A DNA stretch of 64,000 nt from Octopus vulgaris (Eukaryota). The notes below the pieces were generated by a model that had not been told where the DNA came from, did not search any database, and saw nothing but the letters and a program-made list of their open reading frames with translations. Of this stretch, positions 14,363-27,187 are shown in pieces (position 1 is the first letter of the stretch; the number at the start of each line of letters is the position of its first letter). The translations under genes and the position numbers were made by a program. The DNA is taken from positions 24,800,001-24,864,000 of the forward strand of contig OX597827.1 in the NCBI GenBank assembly GCA_951406725.2, in the 5' to 3' direction.

Positions 14363-14672
14363 AGGAGCGTGGCTTTGTGGTTAAGGTATTTGGCTTACGA
14401 TCGTAAGCTGCTAAGTTCAATTGCCAGCCACGCGTTGTGTCCTTGAGTAAGACATTTTATTCTACTTTTCTGCAGTCCAATCAGCTGGCAAAAATGAGTA
14501 GTACCTGTATTTCAAAAGGAGCAGCCATGTCACATTCTGTATCATGCTGAATCTCCCCGGCAACTCGTGTCTGTGGTGTACTCAGCCACTTGCAAAATTA
14601 CATTTCATGAGTAGGCTGTTCCGTTGAGCGAATCAACTGGAACACTCGTCGTCGCAACCGACGGAGTGCCAG
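14363..14672 (+). mobile_element. SINE family C
   Basis: GGAGCGTGGCTTTGTGGTTAAGG head and GTGTCCTTGAGTAAGACA core. Confidence 0.75.
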
Positions 14673-14960
14673 TGAATGTGTGCGCGCGTACATGTGTGAG
14701 GTGTGTGTGTACATGTGTGTGTGTGTGTATGTGTGTGGGCGTGTGAGGTGTGTGTGTGTGTACCTGTGTGTGTGTATGCGTGTGTGTGTGTGTGTGTGCC
14801 TACATAGACATTGGCGTGGGTGTATGATAAGAAGTTTCCTTCCCAAACGTATCGTACAGGTTTCAATTCCACTGCGTGGTAACTTCGGCAAAGACTTGTC
14901 ACGGGATTTGGTAGACGGAAACTAAAAGAAGCCAGTGGTATACATACATACATACATACA

Positions 14961-15041
<81 letters not shown>

Positions 15042-15049
15042 ATATATGC

Positions 15050-15292
15050 TCTTTACTCTTTTTACTCTCTTGTTTCAGTCATGTGGCTGTGCCCATGCTG
15101 GAGCACCGCCTTTAGTCGAGCAAATCGACTCCAGGACTTATTCTTTGTAAGCCTAGCACTTATTCTATCGGTCTCTTTTGCCGAACCGCTAAGTCTTTGG
15201 TCGGCCCGAGGCTATAGTGGAAGACACTCGCCCAAAGTTCCACGCATGTGGTTCGTACGCAAGTTACTTACCACACAGCCACTCCTACGCCT
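15050..15292 (-). mobile_element. SINE family A, internally deleted
   Basis: Reverse complement of the 19412 copy, with CTCTTTTA tail repeats. Confidence 0.85.
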
Positions 15293-15401
15293 ATATATAT
15301 ATTATATATATATCGTATACACACACACACACACACACACGTAATTATGTATAGATATATTTATATATACACACAAATAATTAAGTATATATATGTGTGT
15401 G

Positions 15402-15445
<44 letters not shown>

Positions 15446-15459
<14 letters not shown>

Positions 15460-16090
15460 GTTGGCATCCTTTTTGTCTCGGGAGACAATGGAGTTGCGCA
15501 TAAAATAATCTAGTCCGGCTTTTACATTTCATGTCCTAATACATCTCCTGCTGTGGCTGTGTAGTCCTATCCTGGCAGGTGCCGCAAATGTAGCGAAGAC
15601 TTTGCCTGGCTGGTTGTAATGTCATAGTTTCTTGTTGACGTCTTCTCTTGTATTTCCATTTCTCCTCTCTCTCTCTGTCATTCCTTTGTGTTTCCTCTTT
15701 TACGGTGCGTCGCCAATCTCCATGGTTGCTGACAACTGCTTCTACGTTGCTAATATTGATGCCGCTGGCCTTAATGTCCCTTTTGCAAACATTCTCGTCA
15801 CGGAAGGAAGTGAGACTTGGACGCCATACACACGCCAAGAGAGTCGCTTAAATATCTTTCATCTGCGCTGCCTCCGGAAAATCCTTGGCATCAAATGGCA
15901 GAATCATGTCCCCAACAAAGATGTCCTCAAGCAAGCAGGAATACCAAGCATGTTTGCACTCCTCACACAAAGACGTATGAGATGGCTTGGGCATGTTAGC
16001 CGTATGGAAGATGGCAGAATCCCCAAGGACATACTCTACCGAGAGCTTGCTCGGGGCACTAGGTCTGTGGGAAGACCATTCTTACGATAT
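15446..16090 (-). mobile_element. RTE-clade LINE 3' fragment with inverted 5' segment
   Basis: Minus 15446-15800: VCKRDIKASGINI..WRRTV..YICGTC, ending in a (CAA)n tail. Plus 15805-16088: GSETWT..FHLRCLRKILGIKWQ..RMRWLGHVSRMEDGRIPK..GRPFLRY. Flanked by (TA)n on both sides. Confidence 0.85.
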
Positions 16091-16457
16091 ATATATATAT
16101 ATATATATATGCACACGGACATATGGCGTAGTGGTTATCATCTTGGGCTACTGACCCAAAAATTCCCAGTTCAATTCTAGGGTTAAGGGTTAGGGTGTAT
16201 CTGTCCGAGCGTTTTAATGTCCTCTATAGCGTTTTTAAAACGGCGGTGCATCAGCATGGCCGCAGCTCTGAGCTGAAACTAGAAAAAATCGTAAAATATA
16301 TTTGCCAACTAAATGTGGCGGTGCCATACAGGGCGATGTTACTGTTGTTGTTAGACCCAGGAAGACATCTCCTCCAGTTGGCTAACAACACTCTGTCTGT
16401 GTCCGATTAGTATTTGCAAAGGGAGGTCATCGCTCCCATCTCTAGCCTTACGTGATA

Positions 16458-16502
16458 CACGCAGACCCGGGTTTCTGAACAGTTACCAGTCTTCAGTGTG
16501 TG
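16458..16502 (-). ncRNA. Type I hammerhead ribozyme-like motif
   Basis: Minus: cacaca CTGAAGA ctggtaactgttca GAAA cccggg TC tgcgtg. Palindromic stem III, GUC site, weak stem II. Confidence 0.55.
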
Positions 16503-16643
16503 ATAGTCACTAGTTAGTGATGAAAACTCATTCCATTCGCCAAATACTATATGCTTTTTCCAGCGAGAGACTGTCGCTCATCTAGAAAAAGGAGAAATAA
16601 GCTATATTAAATCTCTGAGCGAGAGGTAAACAGTAACAGTATG

Positions 16644-16683
<40 letters not shown>

Positions 16684-16829
16684 TTAAAGATTAATATGTA
16701 TGTACGTTTCGCCTTCATACTGCACTGCTCTCTAGTGGGCATGGAACGATATAATAACATGGGATGCACCAGATGCACAGTGCATAAGATGCTTCACGAG
16801 TTCACAGTTTTATATTTCGATTTCGCTTC

Positions 16830-17420
16830 ACGCTATGTGGTGGTTGAGTACTGTTGCCCACTGTGCCCCCCCCCCCCCCATACGAAACAACTCATTATGA
16901 AAGTAGAAGCACACCAGAGATCAATAACAAGAAAGATAGACAGCATGAGAGGCATTGACTATAGGGCTCGACTAAAAAAAAAACTTAATCTCAACTCTCT
17001 CCAACGCCGACGGGAGCGCAACATCATTTGTGTGATGTGGAAAATATTCCATCAATATTGCACAAATGATCTTGGCATCAGTTTTAAAATCCATCCAAGA
17101 ATTGGCCCCCGTGCTATCCACCCATTACAAAAATCGAACTCGGTATACATAGCAACATTACGTCACAATTCCTTTACCGTAACCAGTCCAGCTCTCTTTA
17201 ATACCATAACAAAATGCGCCAAAGCGGAAACGGATCCCATAAAATTCAAATGTTCACTGGACAAATTTCTTCAAAAAATCCCGAACCAACCTCCTACACC
17301 CGGATATGTCTCCAACAATAATAACTCTTTGTTAGAGTGGGCAACGGAGTCCCATATATGACTAAAAGAGATCATCAAGTGGTGCTATTGAGTTATAGAC
17401 AAGGCCTGGGCCTACACTGG
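16830..17420 (+). pseudogene. CR1/L2-group LINE ORF2 C-terminal fragment
   Basis: EYCCPL..KVEAHQRSITRKI..YRARLKK.LNLNSLQRRRER..FKCSLDKFL motifs. Confidence 0.8.
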
Positions 17421-17446
17421 CTAAAACCTATCAAAGTTATATATAT

Positions 17447-17633
17447 AGGAGTGGCGTAGGAGTGGCTGTATGGCAAGTAGCTTGCTTACGAGCCACATGG
17501 TTCCGGGTTCAGTCACACTGCGTGGCATCATGGGCAAGTTCCTTCTACTATAGCCTTGGGCCAATCAAAGCCCTGTGAGTGGATTTGGTAGACGGAAGCT
17601 GAAAGAAGCCCGTCGTATATATGTATATATGTA

Positions 17634-17694
<61 letters not shown>

Positions 17695-17918
17695 GCATAT
17701 GTGTGTGTATATGTTTGTGTGTCTGTGTTTGTTCTCCCAACATCGCTTGCCAACCGATGGTGGAGTGTTTACGTCCCCGTAACTTAGCGGTTCGGCAAAA
17801 GAGACCGATAGAATAAGTACTAGGCTTACAAAGAATAAGTCCTGGGGTTGATTTGCTCGACTAAAGGCAGTGCTCTAGCACGGCCAGAGTCAAATGACTG
17901 AAACAAGTAAAAGAGTAA
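17447..17918 (+). mobile_element. SINE family A, full length with internal (TA)n
   Basis: Colinear with the 19412 copy; GGTTCAGTC B-box; AAGTAAAAGAGT tail. Confidence 0.9.
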
Positions 17919-17971
17919 TCGTCTCTTTGTGTATTTCACGTTCTTGTCCCTTTTTATATATAATTTTTATA

Positions 17972-18373
17972 CCTATATATATATATATAAAGCTGAAGTT
18001 GTCTGTGTATGGCAGGTTTGGTAGCCTTCAACTAACACTATCTTCTCCGAGACCCTGCGGTGCAAGTTGACCAAGATTGAGAGTATGATAGAAGAAGACT
18101 TGCTCTTCCTTCCGTAGAAGAGAACATTCAAATTGGACCATGTTAACACCAAAAATTATTTACATCAAAAAGGTGCTTTTTTTCCTATGAAAATCCCTAT
18201 TTTTTACGATTTTTTGACTGCTGTATCGCCATTTCTCGGTGTATTTCAACCAGAAAAATGTTCATTTAAAGAGAATAACAAGCTACATAATGTAAAATTT
18301 TTACTTTTCAAAAATTTCAATTCTAAAGGGTCGAAAAGAAAACAAACCCGAGCAACGCTGGGCGATACTACTA

Positions 18374-18374
<1 letters not shown>
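17972..18374 (+). mobile_element. Non-autonomous Helitron
   Basis: 5' (T/C)CTATATA..TAAAGCTGAA; 3' hairpin CCCGAGCAACGCTGGG ~10 nt before terminal CTAG followed by T. Confidence 0.75.
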
Positions 18375-18449
<75 letters not shown>

Positions 18450-18754
18450 TAAAAGCACAGATTTCTACCATGGGAGTCAGAGACGCCAGAAGGTTCTTAA
18501 AGCTTTGACTGAGGTTATAAAAAACAGGGGCACTGAATCCCGAAAGAGAACCGCCCCCTAGACTCTAATCGGAACTTTGAATTTTAAGAAATAGCCTCTC
18601 ACTTTCTTCTCCATTTTTTTTTTTTTGCATTTCATATCTTTTACACCACCCTCAGCAAAGAGCAATCACTCTTGTGGTTGTAATGCTGACATACATACAG
18701 ACAAACAGGCAGGCAGACAGACAAACAGAATGACAGACAGACATGGAACATCCC

Positions 18755-18945
18755 CATTAAACATCTGTCAAGTGTAAGCATAACAGGCCGGAAATGTCAA
18801 AAATATTCGAGACATTTCTCAAGTTTAAAATGTAAAGTTGTTTTTGTGAACTGCATTCCAACGATGGAGTTTTGTATCTTTGTTAGAAACCAGCTTCTTC
18901 CTCAGAGAGGGAGAGCTCAAATAATCAAAAACAGATGAGAACTTA
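18755..18945 (+). mobile_element. 3' end of R4-clade element followed by (ACAT)n
   Basis: Degraded KI.ETFLKF coding end; 3' UTR GATGGAGTTTTGTATCTTTGTTAGAAACCAGCTTCTTCCTCAG matches the minus copy at 31727-31850. Confidence 0.7.
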
Positions 18946-18954
18946 CATACATAC

Positions 18955-18985
<31 letters not shown>

Positions 18986-19023
18986 CATACATACATACAT
19001 ACAGACAGACAGACAGACATACA

Positions 19024-19379
19024 TAAGAGGGTGAGTCAAAACCTAATGCCATTTTGTTTAGGACAGGTATAATTACCAACACAGGAACATGTATCATACA
19101 TCAAAATGAAGCTGGTCCTCTGTGGATCATCTCCCTACTTCTCAACATAGTCACCGTTTCTCTCAATAGCAATGTTCCACCTTTGAATGAAAGCATGTAT
19201 CCCTGCCCCGTAAAATTTTGTTGACTGCTCTTTGAGCCACTTCTTCACTACAGTTTTCACTTCCTCATCACTGGAATAATTTAGCGCCTTCAGACTATCA
19301 TCTCTTCGGCCCCATTAAAGAGGGTTTGAGAGGCAAACGTTATTCCAGTGACGAGGAAGTTTTTGACTCACCCTCGTAC
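19024..19379. mobile_element. Rearranged mariner deletion derivative
   Basis: TIRs GAGGGTGAGTCAAAA / TTTTGACTCACCCTC; transposase C-terminal pieces on both strands (YSSDEEVKTVVKKWLKEQ..RWNIAIERNGDYVEK on minus; LAPSDYHLFGPIKEGLRGKRYSSDEEV on plus). Confidence 0.8.
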
Positions 19380-19411
19380 AAACATTCATACATACATACC
19401 TGTATACATAT

Positions 19412-19581
19412 AGGCGCAGGAGTGGCTGTGTGGTAAGTAGCTTGCTAACCAACCACATGGTTCCGGGTTCAGTCCCACTGCGTGGCATCTTGGGCAAGTG
19501 TCTTCTGCTATAGCCCCGGGCCGACCAATGCCTTGTGAGTGGATTTGGTAGACAGAAATTGAAAGAAGCCTGTCGTATATA

Positions 19582-19648
<67 letters not shown>

Positions 19649-19870
19649 TTGTGTGTCTGTGTTTGTCCCCCTAGCATTGCTTGACAACCGATGCTGGTGT
19701 GTTTACGTCCCCGTCACTTAACGGTTCGGCAAAAGAGACCGATAGAATAAGTACTGGGCTTACAAAGAATAAGTCCCGGGGTCGATTTGCTCGACTAAAG
19801 GCGGTGCTCCAGCATGGCCGCAATCAAATGACTGAAACAAGTAAAAGAGTAAAAGAGTAAAGAGTAAGAG
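19412..19870 (+). mobile_element. SINE family A, full-length reference copy (tRNA-derived)
   Basis: GGCGCAGGAGTGGCTGTGTGG A-box, GGTTCAGTCCC B-box, internal (TA)n(TG)n, (AAGAGTAA)n tail; more than 10 related copies in the window. Confidence 0.9.
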
Positions 19871-19944
19871 TATATCGATATGCATGCAAATATCTTTCAA
19901 TATAATAACCTGTTTTATTTTGTGGTATAATAACTGTACATATA

Positions 19945-20320
19945 GGCGCAGTAATGGCTGTGTGTTAAGAAGCTTACTTACCAACCACATGGTTCTGGGT
20001 TCAGTCCCACTGCGTGTCACCTTGGGCGAGCGTCTTCTACTATAGCCTGGAGCTGATCCAAGCCTTGTGAGTGGAGTTGGTAGATGGAAACTGAAAGAAT
20101 CCCATCGCGTATAAATGTGTGTGTGCCTATGTTTGTCCCCCCCCACTACCACTTGACAACCGGTGTTGGTGTGTTTACACTCCTGTAACATAATGGTTCG
20201 ACAAGGGGCTGATAGAATAAGTGCCAGGCTTAAAAAAATTATTGGGGTAGATTCATTCGACTAAAAAGTCTTCAAGGTGATGCCCCAGCATGGCCGTTGT
20301 CTAATGATTGAAATAAATAA
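19945..20320 (+). mobile_element. SINE family A, older copy
   Basis: Colinear with the preceding copy. Confidence 0.85.
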
Positions 20321-20918
20321 ACCATAAAAACGACAAAAACAAAGACATGTTGATCGACAGAAATGGAATTAGAACTTATCGGCCGTCAACTTAGATGGAG
20401 AGGTCATGTAAAGAACGCCTACCGAAGATTTACCTACATAGACAACTTTAAGATGATGTACGAAATGTAGAAAGACCATTCTAAAGATACAAGAATAAAT
20501 TACAATTATTTGTTTCAAACGTGGATTGAAAGAATGGCGCAGAGACGCAGATTCTGAAGAAAAGAATTCTACAAACGTTATACAAGAATTTCGGTCGTCA
20601 AAGTTAAGCAACGAACAGGGGAAAGGAAAATGTTGAGATCCAGCTTGTTAGGAGAAGAGTTATGGGATTTGTGAGGATTCCGGTTTTGTTTGTAAACGCT
20701 GAGTAGTTTTGGTGTCTCGTTGTTAACAGAAGCGTTTGAGAATTAACCGAGAGCTTGGACAGTCAGGGTGGGAATCAATAGGAGATTCCCACTATGCACA
20801 CACACGCACACACACACACACACACGTGCGCGCGCGCACACACACATACACTCATACACTATGTGTGCGTGTGTTTCTGTCTGACTGCCTGTCTGTCTAT
20901 CTATCTATCTATCTATCA

Positions 20919-20979
<61 letters not shown>

Positions 20980-21170
20980 GCTATCTCGTATGTGTGGATG
21001 AGAGAGAGAGAGAGAGAGAGGGGGGAGAGAGCAAGAGAAAGAGAGTCGCTTGTGTTTAATTGTATAGTCTTTTTGACATTAACTGGTATATGCCATTAAC
21101 CGAATTCTTATAGCAAGCGAGAAATAGTACAATTTTAATATATGAGTAGTAAGGGTATGCATACAATATA

Positions 21171-21252
<82 letters not shown>

Positions 21253-21321
21253 CATACATACATACATACATACATAAATACATACATACATACATGCATG
21301 CATACATACATGCATACATAC

Positions 21322-21381
<60 letters not shown>

Positions 21382-22018
21382 GTATGTGTGTGTGTGTGTA
21401 GTGAGAAAGAGAGACAGAGAGACAGAGAGACAGAAGTAATATGTTTATTTTACTTCCATTTCATGTTGTGAACACATAATTTACCGAGGTTCCACGCAGT
21501 CCAAACAATTTTGCAATTGATATGTCTTGGCATAACAATTGTTTAGCTTAATCCTTCTGTGGTTTCTCAAATCTCTTTGATATTCTCATTTACTCAAGCT
21601 TAGCTACTTTCATTACATCCCGGCAATGACAAGAACACACTTTGAATTACTCGATGACAACAACCGTCTTGAGGATAGAGAAATGTAAACTCGATCAGTC
21701 AGTCGCCATAAACTAAGAAATTCGATAATAAAAACAACAAAATGGCGTCCGTTCATTGCTGGTTTGTAAACATATTTTTGGATATTTCATTATCTGTAAT
21801 GTATATATATTTATTCAGTTGATTTGATATACTAATTTGACGCAGTCGTGGTTGTGTAGTTGAGAAACTGGCTTCGGCTTCCCAACCGTGCGGTCTTGGG
21901 TTCAGTCCTACTGCACCGAACCTTGGGGAAGTGTCTACTATAGCTTCGAGCCGTCCAAAGGCTTCTGAGTGGATTTGGTAGGCGGAAATTGAAAGAATCC
22001 CATCCTATATCTATATAC

Positions 22019-22068
<50 letters not shown>

Positions 22069-22386
22069 ATGAAGAGTGCGTTATGTTACGAAAATAATAT
22101 TTTCAATAGTCAAAGAACGTATAGTAATAGACAAACGAAAGGAAAACGACTCTTCATCAGTTATCAGCCAGGGTGTCAAACGCAATTTCGTGTCATTTCG
22201 ATAATTTGATTCCACTGTTGAGGCACCAGCAAGAAACTTGCCTGCAAAGGGACCAAAACATAGCAAAACGAAACGGACAAATAAATGGATGAACAAGCAT
22301 TACGGAAATGGACATACGAAAATGGATAAAATTCAAGACGAGACCGTTAGTGGACGGATGAGGGACCAGGCGAAGACAACAAAAAT

Positions 22387-22440
<54 letters not shown>

Positions 22441-23016
22441 CATACATATACAACAAAACACATACATGCAAATGTGTGTATATTCACATATAAATGTGTG
22501 TGTTTGTGCGCGTGTTTGTGTTTGTTCCCCACTACTGCCTGCCAACTGGCATTGATTTGCTTAGGTCTATATAACTTATGTAACGTAGCGGTTCAGTAAA
22601 AGAAACCCGTAGATTAAGTTTTCAGCTTTAAAAAATAAGTCCTGGAGTCGATTTGTTCGACCAAACGCTTCAAAGCGGACAACCTGAATGGTCGCAGCCG
22701 AAGAGAAAACATATATGAAAAATAATTATGTATTGTATAAATTTAACAGTTATTGTTAAAGATGCATCTCAAATTAGGAAGGTGAAAGACGTTGAGACGG
22801 CGCTCCTGTCTGGAGTAGAGGTTCCACGTCTCACTGCCGTAAATTAGCAACTTTACACTACGTTTCACCAACCTTTTTTTTTTTCACTCAGTTATGGAAA
22901 AAATATTTTGCAATTAACCAAAACTTTATTTTTCTTTTGCAACAGTCTAATCTGTTGTGAGTATATGAATAATAATAATAATAATAATGATAATAATAAT
23001 AATAATAATAATAATG

Positions 23017-23090
<74 letters not shown>

Positions 23091-23092
<2 letters not shown>

Positions 23093-23427
23093 CGTGTCTC
23101 TAAAAGAAATGGAGAAACTCTCAAAATACAAAGACCTGGAAATAGAGGTAACTAGAATGTGGAATCTAAAAACAGAAACAATTCCTATCATAGTAGGTGC
23201 ATTAGGCATGATAAAAAAATATTCAGACAAATACATAACAAAAACACCAGGACTTACAAACACATATAACATACAGAAAATTGCACTACTAGGCACTGCA
23301 CACATCCTACGCAGAACACTTTCCATACAATAACCATCAGAGCATCACAACAAATCACAGCACATACCCAAGGTACACAGAGCTGTGCTCGGTAGTGAAG
23401 TGAAAGCACGCTATAAAAATAAAACTA

Positions 23428-23430
<3 letters not shown>
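23091..23430 (+). mobile_element. 5'-truncated Dong-like (R4 clade) retrotransposon inserted in (AAT)n
   Basis: Open frame NVSLKEMEKLSKYKDLEIEVTRMWNLKTETIPIIVGALG..IQKIALLGTAHILRRTL* (RLE C-terminus), short 3' UTR, (AAT)n on both sides. Confidence 0.9.
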
Positions 23431-23469
<39 letters not shown>

Positions 23470-23472
23470 TAT

Positions 23473-24260
23473 AACTAGAAAAGTACTCGGAGAGCGCAGA
23501 CCTCTGCCAAGCAGCTCATTTCCACCCATATACACGCATGCTGAAAATCGCCCAATTTACCCAAACCAACACCGGCAAAAACATAACATCCTTGGCGGGA
23601 GTTTAAAAAAAATAACACACCCATATGATTTTAAGAAAAAAAAACCCTTTAGAAACAGGAATCATGTGAAGCAGTTCCCAACTACCAACATCATCATCAG
23701 CATTGTCATTGCTTCCACTTCAATCACATACACCGCCATCAATGTTATCATGACGGTTACCTTGACAGTCACTTTCACCACCACAACCAGTATAACCACT
23801 GCAATACCACCATCACACAACTAACACTATCATCAACACCACTTTTACCACCATCACCTCAGCATCACACATCACACCGCTCTTGACACCATTATGATCA
23901 CCGATACTATTTTATCCTCCTCCCATACTTATCTCGACCATCGTCATCATCACCACTGTCTCTAAACAGCAACGCCACCATAGGTTACGTGGAAACGATG
24001 TGTTTTCAAGGGAGATAATCAAAGAACGTAACATTGTAATACTTCATGTAATTAAATATAACAAATGAAAAATCCTTCAAGAATCCATAAAAATTCCCGG
24101 ATCACTACCAAAATTTCATCGTCTGTTCCTTGTGTCATTACCAACTTTTTCTGTAAGTTTCATCAAATGCCGTTCACAACTTTTTGAGTTATTTTGCACA
24201 GACGAACAGACGGACAAACCAACACCAATGAAAACATAACCTCCTTCCTTGGCGGCGGTA
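23473..24260 (+). mobile_element. Helentron/DINE-1-like non-autonomous element
   Basis: 5' AACTAGAAAAGTACTCGGAGAGCGCAGACCTCTGCCAAG with complementary subterminal CTTGGCGG.GGT at the 3' end; GACAGACG-type repeats; an extra internal 3'-end motif at ~23580-23600. Confidence 0.6.
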
Positions 24261-24267
24261 ATAATAA

Positions 24268-24419
<152 letters not shown>

Positions 24420-24722
24420 TCAGGTTAGATATTTCTGCTTCCGGATCAGATAGAGAATGCTATCTGTCTGTAGTATATTACGATATCGTATTTTCCCAGT
24501 GCCGTGTGATATGGCACAACGTCATCAGTTAAAAACAAACAATATTTAAGCACAGACAGAAAAAGAAGGGCAGAACGTCTGCCACATATTGCATGACTGA
24601 GAGGATGTAACATAATCTCGAGGAAGCATGCGATACGGTGTAACGATATAATGATATGAGCTCAGTACGTCTTGCCTCTTCCTGCTAACTCTCGCTCTTT
24701 ATCCTTCCATCTCTCGTTCTCC

Positions 24723-24781
<59 letters not shown>

Positions 24782-24930
24782 TTAACACACACATACGTAT
24801 TTATAAACACACACACGCACACACATATATATTTGCATAGATTCCAGCGATTCAATTATGTTCTAAGTGATTTCTTCTGAAGTCCTATCGGGACACGTTG
24901 CCACAGTGACTCTAACAGGGCTTTAAATGC

Positions 24931-24983
<53 letters not shown>

Positions 24984-25473
24984 CGTGCGTGTGTGTGTAA
25001 ATGTGTGTTTAAGAGTGTTAGCAAGTGCGTGCTTATCTAGCAATTTATGTACGTATACATATATGTGTGTGTTCATGTTCATGTATGTATGTATGGGTAT
25101 GTATGTATGTATGCAGGGCCGGATTTATAGGGGTGCGGAGGAGGCAATTGCCCCGGTTATCGGTAAGAGGGGGGGCTGCTAGGAAAGGTATGTAGCATTC
25201 AATATAAGAAGGTTCCCCCCACATCTCAGCAATCTGGCATGATGAGGCTCTCTTTCAATATACGAAGGTATCTTGACTTCTCAGAAAATATAATGGTTTC
25301 TCTTTTAAGATAAATACCAATAAATTTTTGCCACTTTAATGACACCAAATAATTCAGTAAGAAAACAGTTTACACCCAGTCCCAAAGCAATTTCAATTCC
25401 CAGGGGAATTGTAGCTGCTTTTGGGACGACAGAGAGAAGAGGAACAACAAAACACTCCTGAAACTATGTATGC

Positions 25474-25504
<31 letters not shown>

Positions 25505-26669
25505 TGTATGTATGTATGTATGTATGTATGTATGAATGTACGTATGTATGTATGTATGTATGTACGTACATATGTACGTATGTATGTACGTATGTACGTA
25601 TGTATGTACGTATATATGTATGTATGTACGTATGTATGTTTGTATTATGTACGTACGTATGTATGTATTTATCTGTGAGTGTATGTGTGTTTGTGTAAGC
25701 ATAAATGCATATAAAGATAAAAAGATTGATAGAAAAATGTCTCTAGGCCAAACGAGGCCAAATTCTTTCTTTCTACGTATGACCGTGCTTGACTTTGGCT
25801 TGACCAGTAGTGGCTAAAGGCAGGCACACACACACACACGCGCGCGTGCGCATTTTTTCTTCTAAACTTATTTCAGTGAGGCGAAACCTGAGTCAAATCA
25901 TCATAATAATAATATTAATAGTTTCTAATTTTAGCACAACGCCTGAAGTTCTAAGAGGATGAGACAGTCAATTATACGACCTAGATAACAATGTCAGGCT
26001 TGTAGGCTCTTATTTCTCATCCAATATAAAGATAAAAATATTTGCAAACATATCGAAATATGATTTATCAACCGTACATCGAGATTTGATTAGTTGACGA
26101 AAATCCGTTATAAATTACGTCACATATTCATCTATTCAGTATCGTCAACAGATCACATGATATCTATTGATATGCAAAGATATCTGATGTTTTCAGGACT
26201 TCAGTCTTACATGCAAAAAATTAATTGTGAGAAAGAAATGCGAGTCTGGTTGAAGTGTTAGTGTTGACAAATAAATCGCCATTGAACAAAAAATGTTCAA
26301 CTTCTTGCCTAGAGCGAGCCCATAGCAATATCATATCTTCTCCACTATTTCAGTATTACGTGTTAAAAGTGAAACAAAAACATTTCTCTATTTTATGTCA
26401 GATGATTTTACTTTAACAATAAAAATAATAATAACAATTGAATTATATGTAGTAAGTAATAATTAAAATCAAACTAAAGTGTAATATAATCGTAACATAA
26501 CAAAAGTAAAAATAGCAATTGGTATAAAATTGCATCAATGATTTGAACTTGAATAAGTGGTTTCACATGAATGGGAATAAATTAAAAATAAAATTAGTGT
26601 GCAGAAATGGAATAGTCCAGATGGATAATAAAAAATTAAATTAAAGAAAAGACTATTGTCTATAAAGTA

Positions 26670-27000
26670 TACCATGTAGAGAAAAAAGAAGATTTGAGCA
26701 CCTGGAGGAAAGCACCTTCGAAAAGTGTCTTGGTGCGACTATGAAAGATATCGAACCAGAGGCGGTAAATTCGCCACAATAGAAGTAAGGTTCGAGTCAA
26801 CGGAGCGTGCAAGGGAGTACTCGACTCGAACTTGCAAAGTGGAAATATTTAATTTTTATTTTTATATCTGGGACGTAGGACGTACCGGATAAAAATTAAA
26901 GATCCCCCCCCCCCCCGAAGTAGAGGTAGGCTGGATTGTAGCCACACTTCTATACAAGAGGGAGGACAAGATACAATTGATCGAAATTACAAGAGACGGG
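26670..27000 (+). pseudogene. Possible Tx1/L1-clade ORF1 fragment
   Basis: RGGKFATIEVRFESTERAREYSTR..YLGRRTYRIKI..PPEVEVGWIVATLL; assignment by resemblance only. Confidence 0.35.
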
Positions 27001-27151
27001 CTAACAATTCCAGTCTGTTATATATTTTGAGTATTGTTATCACTAGCGATATCAAGATATAACTTTGTATTTTGTATTTTATGTGTAGATGTATATATAT
27101 AGATGTACATGTAATATGCACACATATATATACACATATAAACATGCACTA

Positions 27152-27187
27152 GCACTATGACTCGGCAACGACGGGTCATAATGCTAG
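27152..27187 (+). mobile_element. Helitron 3' terminus
   Basis: Hairpin ATGACTCG.CAACG.CGGGTCAT followed by CTAGT. Confidence 0.55.

Noticed and set aside
16678-17361. 227-aa ORF as a host gene
   Set aside because: The C-terminal part is CR1/L2 LINE ORF2 and the N-terminus is fortuitous flank
19412-19490. tRNA gene calls from A/B boxes
   Set aside because: These are SINE heads without a complete cloverleaf
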